A stretch of DNA of 64,000 nucleotides from assembly GCF_018977255.1 (NCBI RefSeq), contig NW_024704743.1:7752001-7816000 (forward strand), in the 5' to 3' direction. The notes beneath the pieces were generated by a model. That model had not been told where the DNA came from and did no database searches. It saw only the letters and a program-made list of their open reading frames with translations. The position numbers and the translations under genes are program-made. Source of the DNA: Callorhinchus milii. Taxonomy: Eukaryota. Below, piece after piece: positions 38,672-50,760 of the stretch (positions are counted from its first letter, which is position 1; every line of letters begins with the position of its first letter).

Positions 38672-38799
38672 GTCAGAAATCCATGAATCTGTCGGAATAA
38701 CATGGCCACTGCAGGAATCTTACGGTGGTTTTGATACTTTCCATTTCAAATATTGGACATTTTCGATGCCAAACTAGGCAGTTTCAGATGGTTCAGCTC

Positions 38800-39050
38800 C
38801 AGCAGTACCTCAACACACATGCTGGGGTCCCCACGTCTTAGCTCTTGCCAACCTGCCTAATACTCCGGAATTAGATAAACAGTATGTGTGCCTCCAGGGA
38901 GAGAGCTTGCATTCTATTCCAAACTCAGGGGAAATTTCCATGCGTAGATGGCATCCATATGTGTAACTCTGTCAGGTTTTAGATACCTTTAAGCATGATG
39001 AAGGGTTTCTGCTTGTGTCAGACACCCGGCTGATCAAAAAAACTTGGATG
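38800..39050. repeat. Unclassified older interspersed repeat (copies at about 7645-7870, 24365-24530, 57470-57660, 57868-57920)
   Basis: shared motifs tccggaattagataaac, cctccagggagagag...cattc.attcca, aaatttc.atgc.tag. Confidence 0.55.
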
Positions 39051-39243
39051 TATGTGCCACACCATCAATGGGGTACAAGGGGATGGGGGGGAGGGTGGTG
39101 GGGAAGCTATCCTTGTGTAGAGTAGGTTTCAAGCAACATGTCCCATTTCTGTTGTATTTTGAGCTTTGGTTTGCATAACAGATTTGAAAATGCAAAACCA
39201 AGTTGCAGTGTCTCTCCTTGGGAAAAATAGTGCTTGGCTTTGA

Positions 39244-39374
39244 GAAAGTGAATCAACATTTCGGGTCCACGGGTTCTGACCGAAGGGTCGTGGACCCGAA
39301 ATGTTGACTCACTTTCCTTTCTGCACAGATGCTGCCTGACTGGCTGAGTGTTCGCAGCGACTTCTGTTTTTGTT
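39244..39374 (+). mobile_element. Penelope-like terminal fragment with 28-bp inverted 5' duplication and degenerate hammerhead
   Basis: 39244-39271 is the reverse complement of 39289-39316 (1 mismatch); core reads CTGACCGA...GAAATGTT. Confidence 0.58.
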
Positions 39375-39541
39375 ACTATACCATCACCTTTTGACAGGAG
39401 ACTTGTTTGCATTAAAAATGTAACTTATCTTTGTTTTTTTTAAAAAAAGCTAGCACTATTTCTTTCAATGGATTTCAGAATAATCTGAAATTGTCGAACC
39501 ATCAACAAAGCAGAAATTGTTTGTGTGGATGTTTCTTTTAG

Positions 39542-39678
39542 GGCGAAGACATATTCAGACCAGACTAGTGGAACCGAGAGCATCATCTCTGAACAGCGGA
39601 GATTGCTTCTTACTTCTAGCTCCTCAGAACTGTTTCCTGTGGACAGGGGAATTTGCTAATGTCATAGAGAAATCCAAG
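39542..39678 (+). CDS. SVIL: SVIL exon (137 nt, phase 1-0) [26 protein letters not shown]...ANVIEKSK (gelsolin-like repeat)
   Basis: tcttttag acceptor, aag|gtcagt donor, gelsolin LNSGDCF signature. Confidence 0.95.
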
Positions 39679-39702
39679 GTCAGTCTACTACCATCCATAC
39701 TT

Positions 39703-39874
39703 CCCTCTCGACTCTCTACCCCCTCCTCGCTCCCTCCCTTCCCTCCCCTCACCCTGACCATTTCCCCCCTGCTCGGGTCCTGACCCAACTGTACAGCGCC
39801 TTGGGACGTCCTCCCGACGTGATGTACGTGATGTAAGGCGCTCTATAAATGGAATCTTGTTGTTGTTGTTGTTG
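39703..39874 (+). mobile_element. Young L2 LINE 3' tail with (TTG)n end
   Basis: cagcgccttgggacgtcctcccgacgtga...ggcgctctataaatgg...ttgttgttg. Confidence 0.8.
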
Positions 39875-40825
39875 TAAGAGGCTGCACAGAGAAACTGAAC
39901 CTCCTTCATCGCAAAAGTGACACAAATTAAGAGTATGGTGATTTGTGCCAATGTCTGATGTGTAAACCATATGTTCCTTTATTGCATTTGTGGGTTAATT
40001 TCATTCACTTCCCTGGATATTTTTGCTTTCCTTTTTTTTTCCTGGTGACGGGAATGGTTGAAAAGATAACCACTTCAGCCAATGTTCTTAATGGATGTAA
40101 AGCCTTCCTCAGGATACAGGAGTTTTGGGTTGTCAGTGACCAAGTTCAGTCGCATTGCAAAAGTTGGGGAAATGCTGCTGCTGTTGGTGCCACACTTTGC
40201 TAGAGTAGTATAACTAACCTTTCTGTACAAGATAAGAGTCACTACACGTTAAATAAATCCTGTGAAGTGATTGAGACATCCTCTGGAAGTGAAAGGCATT
40301 ATAACAAAAGCAAAGATTATAAAATTATTGTAAAATAGTTATTTGCATTTCATACATCACTTAAATACAGTTTAACCTGTTGTCAACAGCCTCTCAAGGG
40401 ACTGGGCCAAAGTGGCTTTTATATAAGGGTGGTCTCCGAGTAAGGTGTGTGAACGCACACTGAAGGGGCTGTTCAAGCAACCACCTCTATTCAGCAACCA
40501 TCTTCTGCAGTTGTTAACAGGGAGTGGTTGCTGAATGGAGGTGGTTGCTTGAACAGTTTGACAGTATATCAAAAGCTTTTGAAGTGTATGTAAGGAACTG
40601 TTGTGTAGACAATAGCAAGGGAGAGAGAGAACTAACCTGCTCCAGGAGCATGCCACAAACAGCAATCTTTTTTAAAAGTGAATTTGGGTGAAGGAGTAAT
40701 ATATAAGGATTGTATCTATTATTAATCAGTAGAACACCCTACTCCTCTTTGAGGTTTTTAACATCTGCCTGAACGGGGATTTGGGATTTTCAACCCTTAA
40801 AAGCCTCTTCCTCCCAACATGCCCC

Positions 40826-40862
40826 AGTTCTGACGAAGGGTCGTGGACCCGAAACGTTGACT
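40826..40862 (+). ncRNA. Minimal type I hammerhead ribozyme motif in a Penelope-like terminus
   Basis: agtt-CTGACGA-a-GGGTC-gtg-GACCC-GAAA-CGTT-gact: both core boxes, 5-bp stem II, palindromic AACGTT stem III, 4-bp stem I. Confidence 0.6.
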
Positions 40863-40926
40863 CACTTTCTTTCTCCGTAGATGCTGCCTGACCTGCTGAG
40901 TGTTCCCAGCGACTTCTGTTTTTGTT
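40826..40926 (+). mobile_element. Penelope-like element terminal fragment
   Basis: close match to 39272-39374 (gacccgaaa...gatgctgcctga...ctgagtgtt..cagcgacttctgtttttgtt); carries the hammerhead motif. Confidence 0.6.
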
Positions 40927-41164
40927 AGGGATTTAAATATCACTCAGGGGAGTGCACCTCCCATAATGTTGCATTCATTCACACTGCATTGGGTGTCAGC
41001 TTACATCATGAACTCAAGTCCTGGTCTGGGAGATGAATCTATAAATTTCTTATCCTGAGGCATGAGTGCTACCACTTTCACTGGGATTCATAACTGATAA
41101 AGATACTGCAAAAAATCTTTTAATGGATGTGCGTGTGCTAATGAGTGTGATTTCTTTTACTCAG

Positions 41165-41312
41165 GCTGCTGAACTGGCTGCTTTTATTCAAACTAAACGG
41201 GACCTTGGCTGTAGAGCACCCTATGTGACCACAATAGAAGAAGGAATTAACACCCAGAGCAAAACTGCCAAAGAATTCTGGAGGCTCCTGGGTGGGCAGT
41301 CCAGCTATCAAG
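41165..41312 (+). CDS. SVIL: SVIL exon (148 nt, phase 0-1) [18 protein letters not shown]...[13 protein letters not shown]
   Basis: tactcag acceptor, aag|gtaata donor. Confidence 0.93.
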
Positions 41313-41314
41313 GT

Positions 41315-41440
41315 AATAATAATAATAATCCTTCCATTTGGTATTGCCCTTATCACATCTTGTAGATGTCTCAAAGCGCTTCACAGAATATACTATGAAG
41401 GGAATTGATTGTATATTTGTGGGCGAAACGTGGCAACTGC
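41315..41440 (-). mobile_element. SINE 3' tail inserted at the exon 41312 donor
   Basis: (AAT)n starts at intron position +3, followed by ccttccatttggtat...tctcaaagcgcttcacagaatatact. Confidence 0.8.
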
Positions 41441-42420
41441 AGGCAAAACCGCCAACTGGAGCATTTATTGAATTCATGCCATTCCTAGCTCAAGTGTATT
41501 ATTGAACAGACAGTAAGTCAGGGCCTGCACAGGAAAGCAAATGTTCACTGAAGACCTTTCATACTTCAGATCTTTAGAGGATGTATTTGAGATGTGTCAT
41601 AGTGGTTTATATCATACAGTTACAATGAGAGATTACAGCTAGTCATGACATGTGTGTATTTTTATTACCGCCCGTTCAAGGAGAGAAACCACATTAAACA
41701 TCTACAGAATTCACACTTCAGTAATTGCGTGTAGAGTTTTTTTAAACTCAAAACAAACGTAATTATAAAAAAAACTTTCTCCACTTGCTCTCACGCATTT
41801 CATGCTGGAGCTGTGTTGCCCACCAGGAATCTCTCAGATGGCAGATGCCACCTAATGAGGGGCTGAAACCCACACTTGTTAGATGTCAAATGACTATCCA
41901 GTGACTATCCTCCTGGGAGGGGAGGGTAGGCGGAGTTTCTTTGGAGCTGACTGGCTCCAAGGTGACATAATTGGCAACAGAATGTCGGAATTGAGCCCAT
42001 CCTCTGCTGCAGTCCTGGTAGTCTAGTTCTTGAACCAGATGGGTCTGCAGTACTCCATGGCACTGTTGATGACAGCTAGCTCAATGGAAGGTGGTCTGGA
42101 AAGGGCAGTCCAGTCACTGGAGCAAGGACTCTTCCAAAGCCGTAATGGATCAGGTGGTCCTAGCTGGACAAGCAGCAGATTTTAGCTGATTAGAATTCAA
42201 CAGTACCCCAACGAACATCTGTGGTTCCCAAGGCTTGGCTCTTGTCAACCTGCAACTCATACCTTCCAGAATTTAGTGTTGGGTATTTGTCATTTTACGA
42301 CTATTATCCTGTAGAAAGTAGGAACGTTCCAAGTGAACATGACATTTCAGTTCCAGTCGCTGCCATTTGCCATTATATTACAATAATAGTAATAAGACAA
42401 TAATAATAATAATGTAATAC

Positions 42421-43330
42421 CAGCAACAAATTATATTTGTATATTGCCTTTCACATCAGGGGAATCTCCCAAGGCGCTGGACAGTCAGGGATCTGCACCT
42501 GAGCTGGTGGTTGAGATCAGGAGGGACGGCGGGGAGTATAGGGGTAGGAGGATAACCGAAGGCACAGTCGAAGAAGAGGATCTTGAGACGGGTCTTGAAG
42601 GAGGAAAGGGAGGGGCGGAGCAGAGGGACAGTGGGATGGAGTTCCAGAGGGTGGGGACAGAGAGGCTGAAAGCCACTCTCCAAAGGTGGGGTGGGCAAGG
42701 CGTGGGAAGCAGGCCAGAGCAGAGGAAGCTGACAGATTGGTGGGGTTACGAGGTCACAGAGGTAGGGAGGAGCAAGGCCTTGGAGGGCTTTGAAGGTGAA
42801 GAGCAGGATCTTGAACTGTAACTTCTGAGTGATGAGTATCCAGTGGAGCCGGGCAATGATGGAGGTGATAGGGTCATGGAGCCTGGTGCGGGAGAGGTCA
42901 CGGGCTGCAGAATTCTGGATGATCTGCAGCCTGTGGAGGGAGGAGCTGGGGAAGCCGACAAGCAGGGAGTTTGTGTAGTTGAGCCTAGATGGGATGAATG
43001 CGTGGATGAGGGTCTCGGTGGCCTGCGGTGAGAGACATGGCGGAGCCAGGCGATGTTGCAAAGGTGGGGAAAGACAGAGAGGTCATTGCATGGATGTGGG
43101 GGATGAAGGACAGTTGAGGGTCGAATAGGACACCAAGGTTCCTTATTGGCTCCGTGAGGTATAGAGTGCATCTATGGAGGATGATGCTGTAAGCGCCTGA
43201 GGTGTGGAAGTGCTGACGGTTGCCAATCACGAGGGCATCGATCTTGTTGACGTTCAACTGGAGAAAGTTAATTGTCATCCAGGACTTGATGTCCTGGATG
43301 ACAATTAACTTTGTCTGTCAGGGCAGCAGC
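42421..43330 (-). mobile_element. L2-clade LINE 3' fragment (degenerate ORF2 C-terminus + 3' tail)
   Basis: minus-strand ORFs give WMTINFLQLNVNK, IRNLGVLFDPQLSF, TLIHAFIPSRLNYTNSLL, LQIIQNSAAR, LHW...FKILLFTFKALQGLAPPYL. Confidence 0.9.
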
Positions 43331-43725
43331 CAGTAAAGTCCTACAGGTTGATTTGAACGACCAATTTATCTGAAGGATTATTGGCCAGGTCACCAAGAAA
43401 AAACTCACATCTCTTTTCGAATAATGTCATGGAATCTCTTATATCCACCAAAAAACAAGCAGACAGGACTTTGGCTAATGGCTCATCTGAAAGATAATGC
43501 AGTGGCGCTATACAAATGTAATTTGTTGTTGTAGTTGTTGCTTCCCTAGTAATACACTGGTAATGGCAGACTAAACTCTGAGCTCAAACCCTGATAAGGG
43601 CTTTAACCGCATAACTTTCTGCTCTAGAGAGGAGAGTGCTTAACCACTAAGCCAAAATGATGCCTTATACATGTCGTGTTTGTGGGAAATCTGTAATAAA
43701 TCTGCTTTGCGTTTTCTCTTTGAAG

Positions 43726-43871
43726 ACGCTGGGAATCCAGATGAAGATGAACTGTATGAAAGTGCAATAGTAGAAACCAACTGTACTTACTGCCTCGTAG
43801 ATGATAAATTAGTTCCGGATGACGAGTACTGGGGAAAGATACCACGCTGTTCTTTGCTTAATTCAAAAGAT
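43726..43871 (+). CDS. SVIL: SVIL exon (146 nt, phase 1-0) [20 protein letters not shown]...[15 protein letters not shown]
   Basis: ctctttgaag acceptor, gat|gtaagt donor. Confidence 0.93.
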
Positions 43872-44768
43872 GTAAGTATTTGCTATTGCAAGAAAGAGAA
43901 GAGCTTATAATAATAGTAATAATAATAATTGCATTTGATATAGTGCTTTATCATGCCATCAAGACGTCTCAAAGCGCTTCACAGGATACACTGAGAAGTG
44001 GATTGACTGTGTATTTTGTGGGCTTATGATAATTTTACAGTTTTATGAATTTATGGTGATAAATCAGTGGGTAAATGCACTATATGTATGATTTGATGCT
44101 GTGCAATATGTACCACAGCCATCATACACTGTATATATGAAAAATCAGATATTCATTTCCTGGCTCTTTCTGAGTTAGCTGATTTCATCATCAGGGATGG
44201 TATTGTTGACCTCAAAGTGGTTGAATAATCTGAAAATTTGCCACTGCTCCAATTTTTGATTGTTGTGCTGTAACCCCCACCCCCTCATGGTCTTGCAGGC
44301 TAAGGCTAAGTGGAATCTCAGAATTTCAGCCTTCCAGAGTAGAAAACCTTGGCTGATTTTCTATTGTCTCTCTCCCTTCCCAAGCTCAGGGATACTGATG
44401 CCAATTGTAGCACCAAGCCTGCGGTGAGGGCAGCTAAAGACATAGATTGATTCAAACATGTAATGGAGAGTCAACTTGCTTTTGGTATCTTACCCGAGCT
44501 TAGACAGCAACTGGCCATGACTGGGGGAGAAAGAGCTGACAGCTGAGCCTCATCATACACTTGTGGTTTAGAACCACAGATACTTACAGTACCAGAAGAA
44601 GTTTGACCCATCGTGTCTAGGGTGGCTCTTTTAAAGTGCAGTCCTTCTAGTCCCATTTACTTGCCTTTCCCCTATACCCAAGTCACTTACTCCTTTATAG
44701 ATATCTATCTAGCTTGTGTTGCCTGAACTCCTCAATCGGGTTGTCTCCATCCAGCCAAGTCCCTGTAA

Positions 44769-44993
<225 letters not shown>

Positions 44994-46992
44994 TGACGCT
45001 CTGTTTCAGATGGCCTCTTCTGTAAAGAGTGTAATGGCTTTAATAAGTGCACCTATTATATTTTCTCTAGTAACTATAGTTTTATTGTTGCTATGATGGA
45101 GGTGGGGGAGGGGGAAAGAGCTGAATGTTGCTCTGTCACTGTGAAGGATTTACTGTATCGTACCCGCATTCAGAACAGCAGGAACCCACATTGCTCTCCC
45201 TCCGCATGTTGTCCTCCCAGGAATGGAATCTGTAACTAAGCCAAATAAAGTGGTCATACCCCTCTGCTTCCACCCTCCCCTCAGCTACCTTGGGCCTCCT
45301 GTGCATTCCCCCTCACCTCCAACTTCTAGAATTCCCTCCCTCAAGCCCTCCATCTCTGCGCTCTCTATCCATCTTTAAATATTTTAAAGTTTAAAATCTA
45401 CTTTAATACCTCTCCAAATGGATCTATGATTCGCATACCCTCTTCATTCTCCCTTGCTCGGCATCTCACCCCATTAATAATAATTATTAATGACGATAAT
45501 AATAGTGTTTCAATACGTAATCCTGCATGAGGGTTGCTACATGAATGCAAGTTATTGCTGAATGTCTGTGGCTAAGTGTAGTTCCCTCTTTCCCACTGGG
45601 GGGGTGTACTGCACAAAATGAACTGAAATGCAGACAGGCTGCTTTCTCTCCAATGTAGTATTTGTTCCAATTTAAATAGAAGTGGAAGCAACACCGGAAA
45701 TTACCAAAGAGAAGGAACATTGTGGGATTTTCACTGGCTTTGGTTTTGTACGATGCGTGGCTGTGTTTCAGGTTTCATTCTGAAATTCACCCCTCAATTT
45801 ATGCAGAAGTGTCTCTCAGCAAGTCGTTATCATCCATCTATTTAAATAGTCCTTGTATTTGATGCATGAGTATGTTGATTCTAAATGAATGTGCTTTTTA
45901 TTAAGCCTGCATTTACAAGCCAGCACCTGATAAATCACAGGTTACATATGGGAGCTTGAAGATGTTGTGGCTAAACACACTCCAATAAACACGCTTTGGA
46001 TTCTGCTGATGTCGAGGGTTATCTTACATATTCCACTAATCCCCAAAATCTTCGTTATGTTAATATAAAACTAATAGCAACTTTTTATAGTCATCTTAAA
46101 ATGCCATTAGTAACTAGCTTGAATTGTATTAAGATGCCTCGTTTCTGTTTATACTGATTCCTGTGGCTGGCTTATGTCAGCCCCTGTAGTTCATTAAATA
46201 TTTAAAAAGTGCTGCTCTGTGTTCAATCTGTTTTAAGCTTGCGAGACGATTTCCAAGTATAGTTACACTTGCAAGTGTGCTGCACAGTAGCTTGGGGGGA
46301 AATACTCTTTAAGTGCTTGAGAATCTTATGAGCGATGGTTAGCTTTACTGAGCAAATTGGATTGAGATTTTTTTTAAATGTTGTGGTGACAAAGTCTGAA
46401 CCATGGGTAAAGTAAGAATGCACAAGTGTCATGAGTTTAACAATCTGAGCATCAGCATGTAGTGATACGGAATAGAGGGATGTAGGTTCAATCTGCCCAC
46501 TCTGGCTTGCACAGCACCTTAAATTCTATGATACAGGGTTGGGGTGGCATTACCCATCAACAGTGTCCCTTTTACCTGAAAGAAACTAGGATCAAATCCT
46601 CTCTCCAAATCGCCCATCAGCAGAGAGCGTATGTCAGCAAGGCCACAGCTTCTTCCCTGCAGATTCTAAGAAAGTGAATTCTAATAATAATAATCCTTTC
46701 ATTTTATATTTTATATCACGTAATTGAGACGTCTCAAAACGCTTCACAGAATATTTTGTAAAGTAGATTTACTGTGTATTTTGGGGGTTAAATTCTAAGA
46801 AGAAATAGTTTCCCATGCTATGGTGAATGTATGTTGTATATATGGAGGGAGGGGGATGGGAGGTTGACCCCTGTCCCACTAGGAGAGAAGAAAAGTCTAC
46901 AAAATGGTAATGGAAAGTTTCCTTTAAAGCAAAACAGCTCTTGATGCGCCGCTATATCACAGTATTTGCAATGTTTATGTAGATACTGTTTA

Positions 46993-47236
46993 AGTGGATG
47001 TTAAAGAACCCACGGCATGATTCAAAAAGAGAAGGGAGTGTCCTGGCCAACAATCCCCCAGATAAAATTGGTCATTCTCTCCATGTCTGTTTGTGAGACA
47101 AGGCTGCATGCAAATTGGCTGCTGCATTCATCTATAAAATACACAATCACTACAGTTTACAGTAATTCCTGTAGTAAGGACTTTGAGCTGTCTTAACGAC
47201 GTAATGTTCCATATAAAACGCAAGGATTATTATTAT
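46993..47236 (+). mobile_element. DeuSINE fragment
   Basis: gtggatgttaaaga.ccc..ggca...gtgtcctggccaac...gcaaggattattatt. Confidence 0.7.
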
Positions 47237-47717
47237 GAAGTAAAGGCACAAATTGACCACACAGCACCGTGTGCTACTTATTCTTAGATGCATTTGTTAT
47301 TTGATGTACTGGATATCAAGTTACCAAAGGATGCAGGCACAATTTGCCTATTATTGTTAATGGGAGCTAAACACTGCAGACTTGGGATTTTTGCTTTGGC
47401 CCATTTGTCGAGGGCAGCTTCAGAGATTTGCGAAGTAGAAAACTTGTGCGGAATATGACTTCGTGCGCTTGAATTACTCTTGGTTCATATATCAAGAAGA
47501 TTTCATGAAGTAATCTGGATCGTAATGCCAAATTGCATTGGTGTAATGTTCAGGTTACAGAATGTCCATTTGTAGTCTAAATTTAATACCTTCATGTGGT
47601 TCTTTTGGCAGAGATTGAACTTGGAAGAGTAAGTCATGTGTTAAGATACTGGGTGCCAGGTGTTAATTTGTAATAGGAATAAACCCTAACCACTTACATA
47701 TTTTTTTCCACATGTAG

Positions 47718-47865
47718 GAAAGGTCAAGGTCGCCCTGATTGGGCAATCTTTGGCAGGCTGACAGAACACAATGAAACAATTTTGTTTAAGGAAAAGTTTT
47801 TGGATTGGACAGAAGCAAAAAAGCCCTTGCAAAAGAATCCAGTAGAAGAGGAACCGAAAATGCAG
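47718..47865 (+). CDS. SVIL: SVIL exon (148 nt, phase 2-0) [32 protein letters not shown]...KMQ
   Basis: catgtag acceptor, cag|gtactt donor. Confidence 0.94.
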
Positions 47866-49966
47866 GTACTTGGGTTTCCTTACCTCTTCTGAAATACTAC
47901 TTTTTTAAAAAAATCTTATTTTGCTTTTTTCTCCTTTTGCCTAACACTATTGCAGGTAAATGCAGGGCACTATCACTGATGACATTAGCAATTACTAGGC
48001 AAACTAAATAGATTTTTGAAGGCGCGTTTCACTATGCATTTATATAGCGCCTTTCACATCAGGAGAACGTTCCTCCACTCTGAACGTAAAAGGCGTTATT
48101 TAAATGCAATTTGTTGTTGCTTGTTGATTTGGCAGCTGAACAGAATTTGGTTTCTGCAACTTGTTCCTCTACTGTGTATGGTGCTTTACCATTAGAAAGT
48201 TTCAGAAGTTTATGCTCCTGTGGAGTTTTTTTCCCAAAATGTTAATTTAAGTATCTGCAGTGACTGCCCAAATTTTAGTATTTAACTAGCTCGCTGAAGC
48301 AACAAATTGTAGCTAAACCAAAGGGTGAAAGTGCATCCAAGTTCCTTTTATAAAGGAATAATGTTAATGTTGTAGTTGGCATCATTGGCAGGAGAAAGTA
48401 TTCTAATTTTACCTCCATCTGTTAATACAATCTTCATTTTTTGTAAAAATGAAAAGAAATTGTGCAGAGTGGCACTCGTGTTATCCTAGCAGAGATGGGA
48501 TTTTGTCAGGCAAAACATACTAGTATCTTATTGCCCATCAGCTGCAGTCTGTGAATACAGAGACACCTTATTACATCACCTTACCCACTGTGAATTGTTC
48601 TGTTTCCCACTCAAGCCAATCTAATGACCTCCCACCGAGATTCTTATTCAGTGTTGAAATAATGGCTAGTTTTCTCTTTGTAGCACAGAAGCTAGCTGGT
48701 GTAAGCCAGTGAAGCAAACAGACCAGCTGCTCATTGAATGGGATCCACAGCAGAACCATGTTTCCAACCAAATTCACTCTGTAAATAAGCACATTATAAC
48801 TGGGCAGTACTGGAGCATCATTCTCCAGTGATACAAATTACAAAATTAAATATCTGTCAATTATTTGATTCCAAAGATCAGCAAATAACCGGAAGCCACC
48901 AGAGACACTAAAATTATAGTAATCTGTGTTCATTTGTACATTGGCAAAGGGAATTGGAATGACCAACTAATGTTAAAGCTATGTTCTTCGATTATACTTT
49001 GTTCTGTGCCCATTGTTGGTAGCATGTTTCTGTCTGTGGCTTTTATCTAACATGCCTCTATTTAATGCATGATCCTCTTATGCATTCCTGTTAGACTTTG
49101 TCAATTGATCAGTTTTAGTTGCATTTATTTCAATTATTGATTCCTCTTTGTCGCTGTGTGTAGCTGAGTTTAATGACTAAAATGTTGCTGTGCCATATGC
49201 TGAATGGACCCTGAAGCGTAATCCAAATGAACTGAAGCTTTCCTTCTACCATTTCCAGGCACTATATGTCAGTGCATCTGGCTGATGAAATGAGCCCTAC
49301 TGTCATGTGTGTTCCATTTTTATTTTTATTTTATTGTTTGCAGAGGATCTGGACATCTGGATTGTCTTATATGTCTCTATACCAATCTGTCAAATGGTAT
49401 TAATTGATTATTTTAAATTTGTAATAAGATTCTGTATGTTACCCAGCTAATTTTGTACCACTTTTACCTCTGGGATCACACGATTGTGGGTTCAAGCTCA
49501 TTGCAACTGTGAGCTCACCATCTAGGCTGCCACTTCAAGGCACTGTCAGAGGTACCATCCTTCAGATGAGATGTTGAAGCATCATCCCAGCTGCCTATTC
49601 AGGTGGGGGTTAAATATCCCATGACACTATTTGAAAATAGATGGGAGTTTTTCCTGATGTCTTGTAGTTGTATCTACAATCAGCCCACAGCACAGATCAA
49701 GAAGGTCCAAGCCTTATCAAACAGTATTTTTTTTTCATTACACATTCCCTACGTTTCTGGATGCAAAGGCTCATAAAGTTTCCAGGTATGGTCTCCCTCA
49801 AACGCATTAGAGCAACACTCATTTCCAGCTTCAATGGAGTCTAGATTGTGGCCAAAGGAGATGCCTGATCAGGAGATTATCCAACATTGGCTTCCAAGCA
49901 TTATTCATTTGAAGAAGAAAAAATAAAATCTGAGCAGGACTTATATTTTTATTTTTTTCCTTCTAG

Positions 49967-50243
49967 CAAGAACATAGCATTGATCTCAAACCGTACAATG
50001 TTTCGTTAATGATCCCTCTGTCGCCGGCCTTGGTTGGGGCAGTCCTGGATGGCTTGAATGTTGGACGTGGCTACGGAATAGTGGAAGGAGATGATGGAAG
50101 GCAGTTTGAGATCAGTATCCTCTCTGTTGACGTGTGGCACATACTTGAATTTGACTACAGTAGGTTACCCAAACAGAGCATTGGGCAGTTTCATGAAGGA
50201 GATACATATGTTGTGAAGTGGAAGTACCTGGTGAGCACTGCAG
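49967..50243 (+). CDS. SVIL: SVIL exon (277 nt, phase 0-1) [10 protein letters not shown]...[36 protein letters not shown]
   Basis: ttttccttctag acceptor, cag|gttagt donor. Confidence 0.94.
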
Positions 50244-50335
50244 GTTAGTGATTAATGTTCAAAATATTCACAAATCCTTTACTCATACACCCAGTTAGGA
50301 ATTGGTGACCAATATTATGCATAAGAAGTATGTAG

Positions 50336-50760
50336 GAGTCAGCGTGGCTTGGTTAGTAGCTCCCTCGCCTTTGACTGAGAAGGTTATGGATTCAAGCCCC
50401 ATGTCAGGAGTGTATACTCAATCTAACCTGATATTCCAGTGCAGTGCTGGGGATGTGCTGTGCTGTTCGAGGTGCCATTCATTGAATAAGACATTAAACC
50501 AAGGTCCCGTTTTGCCTGTTCAGGTGGATGTTAAAAATCCAATGGTAATATTTGTAAAGAAAAGGGAGTTTCTCCTGGCGCATGGCCTGCAAACCCCCAG
50601 ATAAAATTGGTCATGCACTTCATGGCTGTTTTTGGGCTGCCATGTTTGCTTACAAATCCATAATCACTACACTTTAGTAATTCATGTGAAGTGCTTTGAG
50701 GTGTCCTCCCGACGTGGAAGGCACTAGGGTTGTAAATTGTATAATAAATGTAAATTGTAT
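50336..50760 (+). mobile_element. Full-length older DeuSINE (SacSINE1-like)
   Basis: tRNA-like head, Deu-domain-like core ttaaaccaaggtcccg...gttcaggtggatgttaaaaatcc.atgg...gggagttt, L2-type tail. Confidence 0.75.

Noticed and set aside
42456..43278. ORFs of 201, 141 and 97 aa as host genes
   Set aside because: Frameshifted L2 ORF2 remnants
49344..49396. Possible exon after a strong acceptor (tttattgtttgcag)
   Set aside because: 53 nt would shift the frame, the donor is weak and flanking exons join without it; a poison exon cannot be excluded
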